From a virus (taxonomy: Duplodnaviria > Caudoviricetes): a stretch of DNA of 30,353 nucleotides. Positions 18,007 to 25,611 of the stretch are shown here, one piece after another; the first letter of the stretch is position 1, and each line of letters starts with the position of its first letter. Location of the stretch: positions 1 through 30,353 of IMG/VR virus record IMGVR_UViG_3300011338_000356; one strand, 5' to 3'. The notes under the pieces were generated by a model. The model searched no databases, was not told the origin of the DNA, and saw only the letters and a program-made list of their open reading frames with translations. The translations under genes and the position numbers were made by a program.

Positions 18007-18153
18007 ATGAAAAAACACTTTTACAACTTGTTAGACCAAGTTACACCACGCAACGAAGAGGATAAAGACATTTTAATAACGTTTTTAGGCTTTTTCCCGC
18101 TACTTCTCGTAACGATTGGCGCATTGTATTCACTTTTAATTTATATGCGATGA
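18007..18153 (+). CDS. Small membrane protein, 48 aa (absent from ORF track)
   Basis: MKKHFYNLLDQVTPRNEEDKDILITFLGFFPLLLVTIGALYSLLIYMR; AACAATTAA leader; ATGA overlap with the next ORF. Confidence 0.7.
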   Translation: MKKHFYNLLDQVTPRNEEDKDILITFLGFFPLLLVTIGALYSLLIYMR

Positions 18154-18320
18154 GAACGAAGAAAAACACGAAGCCAACTTTATTAGAAATAATTAACTAT
18201 TGGCACGACCAAAAGAAAAAAAACATAGGCAAGTTTGACGTTCAACATTATATGCGAGTTTGTCAGGCAAAAGCATACTTAGTTCGATTCGATGAACATA
18301 ATAATATGGTTCGAATATGA
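18150..18320 (+). CDS. Hypothetical protein, 56 aa (absent from ORF track)
   Basis: MRTKKNTKPTLLEIINYWHDQ...; ATGA overlaps at both ends. Confidence 0.7.
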   Translation: MRTKKNTKPTLLEIINYWHDQKKKNIGKFDVQHYMRVCQAKAYLVRFDEHNNMVRI

Positions 18321-18517
18321 AATATAGGTGGATTTATAAAACGATAGTTAATTCAAATGGTAAAAGATATACGAATTATGTTGTTTATATTAAGGATGAG
18401 TATAAATATTCGTCCCGTGTTTTAGCAAATTGCGAAAGTTATGTTTTGAATTATGCACGTAAACACGAAATAGAAGAAAAGAAAATATTAAAAAACGGAA
18501 AACACCCAAGAATATGA
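18317..18517 (+). CDS. Small basic protein, possibly AP2-like DNA binding
   Basis: KYRWIYK...GKRY..YVVYI beta pattern followed by a helix; weak resemblance only. Confidence 0.4.
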   Translation: MKYRWIYKTIVNSNGKRYTNYVVYIKDEYKYSSRVLANCESYVLNYARKHEIEEKKILKNGKHPRI

Positions 18518-18729
18518 AAACAGCAGTAGAATGGTTGGAGTCTTTATATTATCCAGAATATATACCGAAACATATTTTAGAACAAGCCAAAATAATGGAG
18601 AAAGAGCAGATAATGAAACATTCTCTTGAATTAGCAAAAATACTTATTAGTAATCCTTATGAAACAACTGGCAAAATGCCCACAGAATTAATTGATAGTT
18701 ATATAAACGAAACCTTTAAATCAGAATAG
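18514..18729 (+). CDS. TAVEWL-QAKEME-TFKSE mini-protein, copy 1
   Basis: Shares three conserved blocks with ORFs at 19348, 19803 and 20053. Confidence 0.75.
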   Translation: MKTAVEWLESLYYPEYIPKHILEQAKIMEKEQIMKHSLELAKILISNPYETTGKMPTELIDSYINETFKSE

Positions 18730-18730
18730 A

Positions 18731-19327
18731 ATGAAAAATATACATTTATTACGAACAGATAAACCAAGTAGAATAAGACTTGGGAATAATAAAAATTTTG
18801 TAATTGCTAATTTTGAACAAAGTTCAATTAGAAGTAAAAATGATTCTTATACAAACCAACACATCTACATCACTTCTGATGAATTTATTGAAGAAGGAGA
18901 TTTTGGTTTAAATCTTTCTACAAAAAATATAGTACAGTATGATGGTATTAAGGGTTTAGATTCATACTATAAAAAAATCATCCTAACAACAGACCAAGAC
19001 TTAATCAAAGATGGTGTACAAGCTATTGATGATGAGTTTTTAGAATGGTTTGTTAAGAACCCAAGTTGTGAGTTTGTTAAGGCCAGTGAGTTGAGGTTTT
19101 TTGACCCTGATACTAATGAATCAGCACACTGCAAATGGGAATATGATTTACCACAAGAAGAACCTAAACAAGAAACACTTGAAGAAGATGATTTAGATTC
19201 TATAGAAAATAAAATTATAGAATGTTTAAATAAAGCTGATAATAAATTGAATGCTAATGATTTTAATAGATTAGCTGAATCTATAATTGATTACATTGAT
19301 GAAATTAGTAGAAGTAAGAGTTATTAA
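18731..19327 (+). CDS. Hypothetical protein within the mini-gene array
   Basis: 198-aa ORF coupled to the upstream stop; CG-depleted. Confidence 0.7.
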   Translation: MKNIHLLRTDKPSRIRLGNNKNFVIANFEQSSIRSKNDSYTNQHIYITSDEFIEEGDFGLNLSTKNIVQYDGIKGLDSYYKKIILTTDQDLIKDGVQAIDDEFLEWFVKNPSCEFVKASELRFFDPDTNESAHCKWEYDLPQEEPKQETLEEDDLDSIENKIIECLNKADNKLNANDFNRLAESIIDYIDEISRSKSY

Positions 19328-19347
19328 TAAAATTAAAACAAAATAAA

Positions 19348-19566
19348 ATGAAAACAGCAGTAGAATTTTTGGAAGAAAAAATATTTCAAGAATTTAAAGT
19401 TCCAATTAGCAATGAAGTATATGAACAAGCCAAAGAAATGGAATTTGAGCAGAGAAAAAAAGACTTTGTTAATGGCTATAAAGCAAGAGCCAAAGCAAGT
19501 AAGTTAATTTTTGATGAAACCTCTGAAATGTATGCAATAAAATTATTTAATGTAACTTTTAAATAA
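19348..19566 (+). CDS. TAVEWL-family mini-protein, copy 2
   Basis: MKTAVEFL...EQAKEME...NVTFK. Confidence 0.75.
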   Translation: MKTAVEFLEEKIFQEFKVPISNEVYEQAKEMEFEQRKKDFVNGYKARAKASKLIFDETSEMYAIKLFNVTFK

Positions 19567-19576
19567 AAACAAAAAA

Positions 19577-19801
19577 ATGGAAAACAAATTTTTACAAAGT
19601 GTTGAAAGATACACTAACAAAGAGCAAGGTAAAACTGGCTACAAAGCTATTTATAGCAATGGTCTTGATTTTGAAACTTTATTGTTTCCTGTCAAAAACG
19701 GTGTGGATACTATAAACATACCCTCTATTGTAAAATCTGTAATGACTATTGAAGAAATAGAGAGTATTGGTGCTGAATTATTAACTTCTAAATCAAAATA
19801 A
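19577..19801 (+). CDS. Hypothetical protein ending in a degenerate TFKSE block
   Basis: Unrelated body, but ends AACTTCTAAATCAAAATA (LTSKSK*). Confidence 0.65.
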   Translation: MENKFLQSVERYTNKEQGKTGYKAIYSNGLDFETLLFPVKNGVDTINIPSIVKSVMTIEEIESIGAELLTSKSK

Positions 19802-19802
19802 T

Positions 19803-20051
19803 ATGGAAAAGAATTTAACAGCAGTAGAATGGTTAGAAGATGAAATTCAATCTGATATGACATTTATGGAAGTACTTGGATTAATAAGACAAGCCAAAGA
19901 AATGGAGAAAGCAGAAAAGATTAAGGCTCAAATTTATATTTGTGACAGAATCAGATACTGGAAAGATAATCAGATAAATAGTGTAGAAAATTTACAGATA
20001 AACCTTGAAAAACAACTCAAAGAATTATTATTAACCTTTAAATCAGAATAA
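19803..20051 (+). CDS. TAVEWL-family mini-protein, copy 3
   Basis: LTAVEWL...QAKEMEK...LTFKSE. Confidence 0.75.
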   Translation: MEKNLTAVEWLEDEIQSDMTFMEVLGLIRQAKEMEKAEKIKAQIYICDRIRYWKDNQINSVENLQINLEKQLKELLLTFKSE

Positions 20052-20052
20052 G

Positions 20053-20241
20053 ATGAAACAGACAGCAGTAGAATGGTTGATTGAACAAATGAGACAACCT
20101 AATTGGATGTCAATACCAACAACTGAATGGATACAACAAGCCAAAGAAATGGAGAAGCAGCAGATAATAGATGCTTATTGTATGGGAGATGATAACATTG
20201 GAGCAGAAGAGTATTACAACGAAACCTTTAAATCAGAATAA
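20053..20241 (+). CDS. TAVEWL-family mini-protein, copy 4
   Basis: QTAVEWL...QAKEMEKQQI...NETFKSE. Confidence 0.75.
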   Translation: MKQTAVEWLIEQMRQPNWMSIPTTEWIQQAKEMEKQQIIDAYCMGDDNIGAEEYYNETFKSE

Positions 20242-20242
20242 A

Positions 20243-20458
20243 ATGAAAGCAAAAGAAGTAACAGCAGTTTTCGAATGGACGAACGAAGCAGTTTTATTAC
20301 AGCAAATAGAACGTTTAAAAGAATTACTTTTACAAGGTAAGGAATACCACGAGGATGTTTATAATAAAATGAGTCTTCAGTTTATGCAGAAATACGAACG
20401 GACACGAAGTTTTAAAGTAATTAACCATAATGAAGTAATAATAAAATCTAAAGTATGA
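20243..20458 (+). CDS. Hypothetical protein (start revised from 20171)
   Basis: ATG at 20243 follows the upstream stop in an AAAATG context; MKAKEVTAVFEW. Confidence 0.6.
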   Translation: MKAKEVTAVFEWTNEAVLLQQIERLKELLLQGKEYHEDVYNKMSLQFMQKYERTRSFKVINHNEVIIKSKV

Positions 20459-20637
20459 CACCGAAAGAATTTGCAGTAGAATTAGTAGACAAGTTCTACA
20501 TAGGTCTTGATTTAAAAGATTATCGAAAAGCACGTAATTGCGCTATATTTACAGCACATCAAAGAATACAGGAAACGATGAGTTTAGACCGCATTCGATT
20601 CTTAAAAGAAGTAGTTACTGAAATTGAGAAGCTATGA
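20455..20637 (+). CDS. Hypothetical protein
   Basis: ATGA-coupled; MTPKEFAVELVDKF...EVVTEIEKL. Confidence 0.65.
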   Translation: MTPKEFAVELVDKFYIGLDLKDYRKARNCAIFTAHQRIQETMSLDRIRFLKEVVTEIEKL

Positions 20638-20819
20638 AAGATAGTATAGTAGAATCCGTTATTCAGCAGTTTAAAGAACGCTCAGACGTAGGAATAGAGA
20701 AATACGTAGTAACATTAGATAGAAACGATTTAAGTACGTTAGAATGGATAAATCACGCACAGCAGGAGGCTATGGATTTTGTTCTTTATTTAGAGAAACT
20801 AAAACACGAACTAAAATGA
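20634..20819 (+). CDS. Small helical phage protein, possibly all-alpha NTP-PPase (MazG-like) superfamily
   Basis: R..VG.EKY..TLDR.DL...W..HAQQEAMD..LY pattern. Confidence 0.4.
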   Translation: MKDSIVESVIQQFKERSDVGIEKYVVTLDRNDLSTLEWINHAQQEAMDFVLYLEKLKHELK

Positions 20820-20923
20820 TAATCTACAATCCTAAGCAAAAGATCGACTATAGAAATTTAAAGCGTTGGAAGGTTCGTGTTAACATATCAAATAATTTTT
20901 ACAAAAACGAAGAATATGATTGA
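20816..20923 (+). CDS. Hypothetical protein, 35 aa (absent from ORF track)
   Basis: MIIYNPKQKIDYRNLKRWKVRVNISNNFYKNEEYD; fills the gap, overlapping both neighbours. Confidence 0.5.
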   Translation: MIIYNPKQKIDYRNLKRWKVRVNISNNFYKNEEYD

Positions 20924-21218
20924 GAAATTAAAGAAAACTTATGAGACTTACGAAGGTTCGTCTTTTTTTATTGACTGCGTAAATGATGCTTTTATTAAAT
21001 GCGGACAAAATGAAAGTAAAATAAAATGGTTTATAAATAATCATTTTCAACTTTATAAAGAATGTGATTTAATTCAGATGAAGAAATGTGCTGCCCATTG
21101 GCGTAATGTTTCATTTGATAAATTGAACCAATTGGATTTTTTAAACTATAGACATACTATTTTTACTTTAACAAATTATAGAATGATGGTAAAAATTATG
21201 GAACATTATGAATATTAA
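20916..21218 (+). CDS. Hypothetical protein (start revised from 20877)
   Basis: In-frame ATG at 20916 overlaps the end of the preceding small ORF. Confidence 0.55.
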   Translation: MIEKLKKTYETYEGSSFFIDCVNDAFIKCGQNESKIKWFINNHFQLYKECDLIQMKKCAAHWRNVSFDKLNQLDFLNYRHTIFTLTNYRMMVKIMEHYEY

Positions 21219-21229
21219 ATAATTATTTT

Positions 21230-21334
21230 TATATTTGTATTCGAGTTCATCCTACATTATAAAACTCGTAAAGGTATTATTGACCCTTTGAATGAATGTG
21301 AGGTAGGATGCACAGGATTTCAAGGGGTTTTTTT
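21230..21334 (+). promoter_or_regulatory. Promoter (TATATTTG) plus structured leader/attenuator of the replication operon
   Basis: Hairpin 21242-21268; terminator-like hairpin 21282-21329 with T run; complementary loops. Confidence 0.65.
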
Positions 21335-21350
21335 ATTTATACAACAACAA

Positions 21351-21923
21351 ATGAAAACAGGATTTATTTTACACTTAGACAGTTTATCAGTTCTTGATGA
21401 ACTAACAAATGAACAAGCAGGAATTTTATTTAAAGCGATTCGTGATTATAATTTAGGAAAAGAACCTGAGTTAGATTTTGCAATGCGTATGGCTTTTATT
21501 CCATTTAAGAATCAATTTGAACGTGACTTAGAAAAATACAATTCAACGTGTGAACGTAATAGAAATAATGGAGCTAAAGGTGGCAGACCAAAGAAACCCA
21601 CCGAAACCCAAGAAACCCAAGTGGATTTTGAAAAACCCAAAAAAGCCGATAATAAGAATGATAGTGATAATGATAATAAGAATAAATTTATAATACCAAC
21701 TTTTAATGATGTTTTAGAATATTGTATGCAAAACAATTTAGAAGTTGATGGATATAAGTTTATTAACTTTTACGAGTCAAAAGGTTGGATGGTTGGTAAA
21801 AACAAAATGAAAGATTGGAAAGCTGCTATTCGAACTTGGGTAAAACCTAAACAACAAACGGAAGGTATATCACCTGAAGAACTAAAAGCAATTAAACTCG
21901 GATTCCTAAAACCTAAACAATGA
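21351..21923 (+). CDS. Replication initiator (DUF6291-like N-terminus, C-terminal helical domain); start revised from 21288
   Basis: FILH...LTNEQAG.LFKAI..Y, RNRNNGAKGGRPK, F.NFYESKGWMVGKNKMKDWKAAIRTW; precedes the helicase. Confidence 0.8.
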   Translation: MKTGFILHLDSLSVLDELTNEQAGILFKAIRDYNLGKEPELDFAMRMAFIPFKNQFERDLEKYNSTCERNRNNGAKGGRPKKPTETQETQVDFEKPKKADNKNDSDNDNKNKFIIPTFNDVLEYCMQNNLEVDGYKFINFYESKGWMVGKNKMKDWKAAIRTWVKPKQQTEGISPEELKAIKLGFLKPKQ

Positions 21924-22888
21924 TAACACAAGAAGGTGATTGCCTACAATATTTGTTAGACTATAAAGATGGTAAAATAAAAGACGGATTGAAAATTGAT
22001 TGTCATTTAGATGAGTACATACGTTTTAAACCTAATCAACTGAATATAATTTTAGGACACGATAACGTCGGTAAGACGTATTGGATTAATTGGTACTTCT
22101 TAACATTGGCACTTAAACACGATTTGAAGTTTTGTATTTGGAGCGGTGAAAACAAGAAAGCTACAATTCTTCGTGATTTGCTTCAGATGTATTACGGAAT
22201 AAAATTCAAAGATTTAACCTACCAACAAATAACAACGGGAACAACAATAATTGAACAGCAATTTAAATTCATAAGCAATAAGGAATTATACAAGCCAAAT
22301 GAATTATTGAAGCTATTTGAAGAAAGTGAATGTAATGTAGCGTTGATTGACCCATTTACAGGCTTAGATAGGCAAATGGATTTTCAAAGTAACTATAATT
22401 TCTTAAATACTTGCCGTGATTTCTGCAATAAGTTCGGAGTTACGATATACATAAACACGCACCCAAATAGCGAAAGTGGTAGGAGTGGTAACGTTTATCA
22501 GGAAGGCGAATATAAAGGACATTTAAAAGCACCTTTAAAAGACCATATCGAAGGAGGTAAAGCGTTTAGTAACCGATGTGACGATTTGTTTGTAATACAT
22601 CGCTTAGTAAAACACGAAACAATGAAATACTGTACTTGGGTAAACGTTGAGAAAGTTAAAGATATGGACACGGGAGGTAAACATACTGCATTGAATGACC
22701 CTTTAATGTTTGATTTTAATTCGGGATTAGGATTTAAAATTAATGGAGTTGATCCGTTATTTAATGTTAGACCAAAAATATCAAATAGCTTCCCGACTAA
22801 ACTACCTTTGAATAAACCCGATATTGTAAATGGAAAAGAATTACTTTCGTTTAGCGAAAAGATGAATAATAACGATGTACCTTTCTAA
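21920..22888 (+). CDS. Replicative helicase-like P-loop ATPase (SF4/DnaB-like)
   Basis: Walker A GHDNVGKT, WSGEN, Walker B ALIDPF, NTHP and IEGGKAFSNRCDD. Confidence 0.8.
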   Translation: MITQEGDCLQYLLDYKDGKIKDGLKIDCHLDEYIRFKPNQLNIILGHDNVGKTYWINWYFLTLALKHDLKFCIWSGENKKATILRDLLQMYYGIKFKDLTYQQITTGTTIIEQQFKFISNKELYKPNELLKLFEESECNVALIDPFTGLDRQMDFQSNYNFLNTCRDFCNKFGVTIYINTHPNSESGRSGNVYQEGEYKGHLKAPLKDHIEGGKAFSNRCDDLFVIHRLVKHETMKYCTWVNVEKVKDMDTGGKHTALNDPLMFDFNSGLGFKINGVDPLFNVRPKISNSFPTKLPLNKPDIVNGKELLSFSEKMNNNDVPF

Positions 22889-22890
22889 TT

Positions 22891-23184
22891 ATGGATGAAC
22901 TAACAATAATATCAGGCAAAGTAAACTTAGATACTACTTATTTAAAGATTAAACTAAGCCTTGAAGAAATAAAACAAAAACACGGAACAAGAACTGATTT
23001 AATTGACTCAATGGAACGTAGTTTAGCAGACCTTCAAGAAGTTAAGATTGCGTACGACGCTATGGAGAAGGAACTAAGGGCAGCGTTACAACAAAACTTT
23101 AGACTTGAAAAGCTACTTCAGGAAGAAAAGTTTAAAGTAAAAGATTTAGAAATACAATTAAAAATGAAAGACGCAGAGTTATGA
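22891..23184 (+). CDS. Coiled-coil hypothetical protein
   Basis: 97 aa with heptad pattern. Confidence 0.65.
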   Translation: MDELTIISGKVNLDTTYLKIKLSLEEIKQKHGTRTDLIDSMERSLADLQEVKIAYDAMEKELRAALQQNFRLEKLLQEEKFKVKDLEIQLKMKDAEL

Positions 23185-23711
23185 GGTGTAAAAACTGCAA
23201 GAATAAATTTGAGCCTGTACGCTTTAACCAAAAATTTTGTTTAGAAGCTGAGTGCGTTCGTGTTTGGGTAGAATCCGAAAAGGCGAAACAATGGAAAAAG
23301 ACGAAACTAAAAATGCAAAAGGATTTAGAAACGGTGCAGGATTATTTGAAGATGGCACAAATAATATTTAACAAGTTTATTCGACTTCGTGACAAAGGAC
23401 AAGTTTGTATAAGCTGCCAAAAGAAACCATTAAAGGAAAACGCAGGTCACTTCTTCAATGCAAATAATCATTGGAATGTAAGATTTGACGAAAGGAATGT
23501 TCATCTCCAGTGCGAACATTGTAATACTTATTTGAGCGGGAATCTAATAGAATATCAAAGAAACTTAATACATAAAATCGGAATAGAAAGTTACCACGAA
23601 TTAGAAGCTGAGGCAAAGAAAACACGAAAGTTTACCAAAGACGAACTAAAAAAAATTATGGCGATCTATAAAAAAAAGTGCAAAGAACTTGAATTATATC
23701 AAAAAGAATAA
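23181..23711 (+). CDS. ninG: NinG/Rap-like recombination endonuclease
   Basis: CxxC...FC...C N-terminus, FNKFIRLRD, CISC, AGHF, FDERNVHLQCEHCN...SGN. Confidence 0.88.
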   Translation: MRCKNCKNKFEPVRFNQKFCLEAECVRVWVESEKAKQWKKTKLKMQKDLETVQDYLKMAQIIFNKFIRLRDKGQVCISCQKKPLKENAGHFFNANNHWNVRFDERNVHLQCEHCNTYLSGNLIEYQRNLIHKIGIESYHELEAEAKKTRKFTKDELKKIMAIYKKKCKELELYQKE

Positions 23712-23720
23712 TTAATTTAG
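23694..23720 (+). promoter_or_regulatory. Conserved 27-bp early promoter/operator element, copy 2 (-7 variant TAATTTAG)
   Basis: TTATATCAAAAAGAATAATTAATTTAG followed by an AACAATTAA leader. Confidence 0.6.
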
Positions 23721-23743
23721 CCGAAACAATTAAACCTTAAACA

Positions 23744-24634
23744 ATGAAAAATTATGATTTATTTGGTAATGAAATAGTTACCGACCCTATTTTAAGGGAG
23801 CAATTTATCGAGCCGCCATTTAGTGTGTTAGATACAAAAAGCGGTAATTGGGTAAGACGTAAAAAGTTATGGAAACAAATAGGAATCAAAAGTGAAATCG
23901 GAAGAGAATTAAAAACTATAAATGCAGGAACTGATTTATATAAAAATTGCAAAGAAAGATTAAATTCAAAAGGAATTGATAGTGCAAAAGAACCACACGC
24001 ATCTATTTTTGACCCTGCATTATGTGAAGTTTTATATAAATGGTTTTGTGTTGAAGGCGGCGAAATATTAGACCCATTCGCTGGTGGTTCGGTTCGAGGT
24101 ATTGTCGCAAATAAATTAGGTTATAAATACACGGGTATTGATATAAGACAAGAACAAATAGATAGTAATAGAGAACAGGGTTTAGATATATTAGACGTAA
24201 ATAATCAGCCTAATTGGTATTGTGGTGATTCAAATGAAATTTTAGATAATTTTAATAAAGAATTTGATTTTGTTTTTAGTTGCCCACCTTATGCAGATTT
24301 AGAAGTTTATAGCGATTTAGAAGGAGATATTAGTAATAAACCATATGATGAGTTTTTAAGATTATACGAAAGTATTATTGAAAAATCTTGTAAACTATTA
24401 AAAAAAGATTGTTTAGTTTGTTTTGTAGTTGGTGAGGTTAGAGATAAAAAAGGTAATTACATAGGTTTTGTTCCTGATACAATTCGTGCTTTTGAAAAAT
24501 GCGGAATGAAATTTTATAATGAAGCCATTTTATTAAATGCAATCGCTTCTGCTTCAATGAGAGCAAATGGTAATATGAAAACACGAAAACTTGTAAAAGT
24601 ACATCAAAACATTTTAGTCTTTAAAAAATATTAA
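23744..24634 (+). CDS. Orphan amino-DNA methyltransferase (m4C or m6A)
   Basis: SAM-binding ILDPFAGGSVRG precedes catalytic FSCPPY; no adjacent endonuclease. Confidence 0.85.
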   Translation: MKNYDLFGNEIVTDPILREQFIEPPFSVLDTKSGNWVRRKKLWKQIGIKSEIGRELKTINAGTDLYKNCKERLNSKGIDSAKEPHASIFDPALCEVLYKWFCVEGGEILDPFAGGSVRGIVANKLGYKYTGIDIRQEQIDSNREQGLDILDVNNQPNWYCGDSNEILDNFNKEFDFVFSCPPYADLEVYSDLEGDISNKPYDEFLRLYESIIEKSCKLLKKDCLVCFVVGEVRDKKGNYIGFVPDTIRAFEKCGMKFYNEAILLNAIASASMRANGNMKTRKLVKVHQNILVFKKY

Positions 24635-24637
24635 ACA

Positions 24638-24997
24638 ATGATAACAACATTTGAAGAACACACAAGCGAACTTACAAGCGAAGAAATGGAGATACTTCCA
24701 ATAGTAGTTCACGGATTTAGAAATTACAAAAAAGACAACCCGATAAAAGCTGAGTTGATCGTTACCCGAATGAACGAATTTTTAGCAGTAAGGGGTTTTA
24801 AAACACGAATGAGCCAACCTCGTTTACGTAAGATGGTGAATTACATACGGACAAACGGAATAATTCCGTTAATAGCAACATCACACGGATATTTCACAAG
24901 CGATTGCACTGAAACCATAGCAGAACAAATAAAGTCTTTACAGGAACGCGCTAATTCAATTCAACGATGCGCAGAAGGATTAAAAAAGTTTATATAA
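24638..24997 (+). CDS. Hypothetical protein, possible winged HTH
   Basis: RLRKMVNYIR..G.IPLIATSHGYF pattern. Confidence 0.5.
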   Translation: MITTFEEHTSELTSEEMEILPIVVHGFRNYKKDNPIKAELIVTRMNEFLAVRGFKTRMSQPRLRKMVNYIRTNGIIPLIATSHGYFTSDCTETIAEQIKSLQERANSIQRCAEGLKKFI

Positions 24998-25014
24998 TTT
25001 CTTGGTCTCTATTA

Positions 25015-25041
25015 TTATATTAAAAAGAATAGTTATATTTG
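25015..25041 (+). promoter_or_regulatory. Conserved 27-bp early promoter/operator element, copy 3
   Basis: TTATATTAAAAAGAATAGTTATATTTG; ends in TAnnTTTG. Confidence 0.75.
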
Positions 25042-25071
25042 CATACGTTAAACAATTTAAAAATATGAATT

Positions 25072-25611
25072 ATGAAAAAATTAGCAGAAATTCAGGCAGA
25101 ATTAAAATGTCCAAAGGGAAGTTTCAATGCATTCGGAAAGTACAAGTACCGAAGTGCTGAACAAATCTTAGAATCAGTTAAACCATTATTGTATAAACAC
25201 GGAGCAACATTAGTTCTTAGTGATTGTATTGAACAAATTGGAAACAAGCTATTTTTAAAGGCTACAGCAACGTTAAATATAGATGGAACTGAAATACTTG
25301 TTGATAGTTACGCTGAAATGGGAGAGCATAAAGGAATGTCATCTGAGCAATGCACGGGAACGGCAAGCTCATACGCACGAAAGTATGCGCTTAATGGACT
25401 TTTCCTTATCGACGAGACCGAAAGTGACCCTGATTCAAGAGATAACAAGAAAGAAGAACCAGTAAAACCGAAAGCAAAAAAACCTATAATAGAAGGTGAA
25501 CGCTTTTTAAAAGCAGTTGAAGCGATTCGTAATGGTGAATTCACAGCTGAAGAACTACAAGCTAAGTTCGAATTAAATGAAGTTCAACAAAAAGCGCTTT
25601 TATTGTTATGA
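25072..25611 (+). CDS. erf: ERF-family single-strand annealing protein
   Basis: N.FGKYKYRSAEQILESVKPLL, Q.TG.ASSYARKYAL.GLF.I and D.D motifs. Confidence 0.9.
   Translation: MKKLAEIQAELKCPKGSFNAFGKYKYRSAEQILESVKPLLYKHGATLVLSDCIEQIGNKLFLKATATLNIDGTEILVDSYAEMGEHKGMSSEQCTGTASSYARKYALNGLFLIDETESDPDSRDNKKEEPVKPKAKKPIIEGERFLKAVEAIRNGEFTAEELQAKFELNEVQQKALLLL

Noticed and set aside
18514-20241. Repeats as a CRISPR array, DGR or integron
   Set aside because: The repeats are in-frame coding blocks of three types with irregular spacing. There is no cas gene, reverse transcriptase, adenine-specific TR/VR pair or tyrosine recombinase in the genome.
21288-21350. N-terminal extension of the replication initiator from TTG 21288
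   Set aside because: It overlaps a terminator-like hairpin. The recognisable domain starts at ATG 21351 after an A-rich leader.
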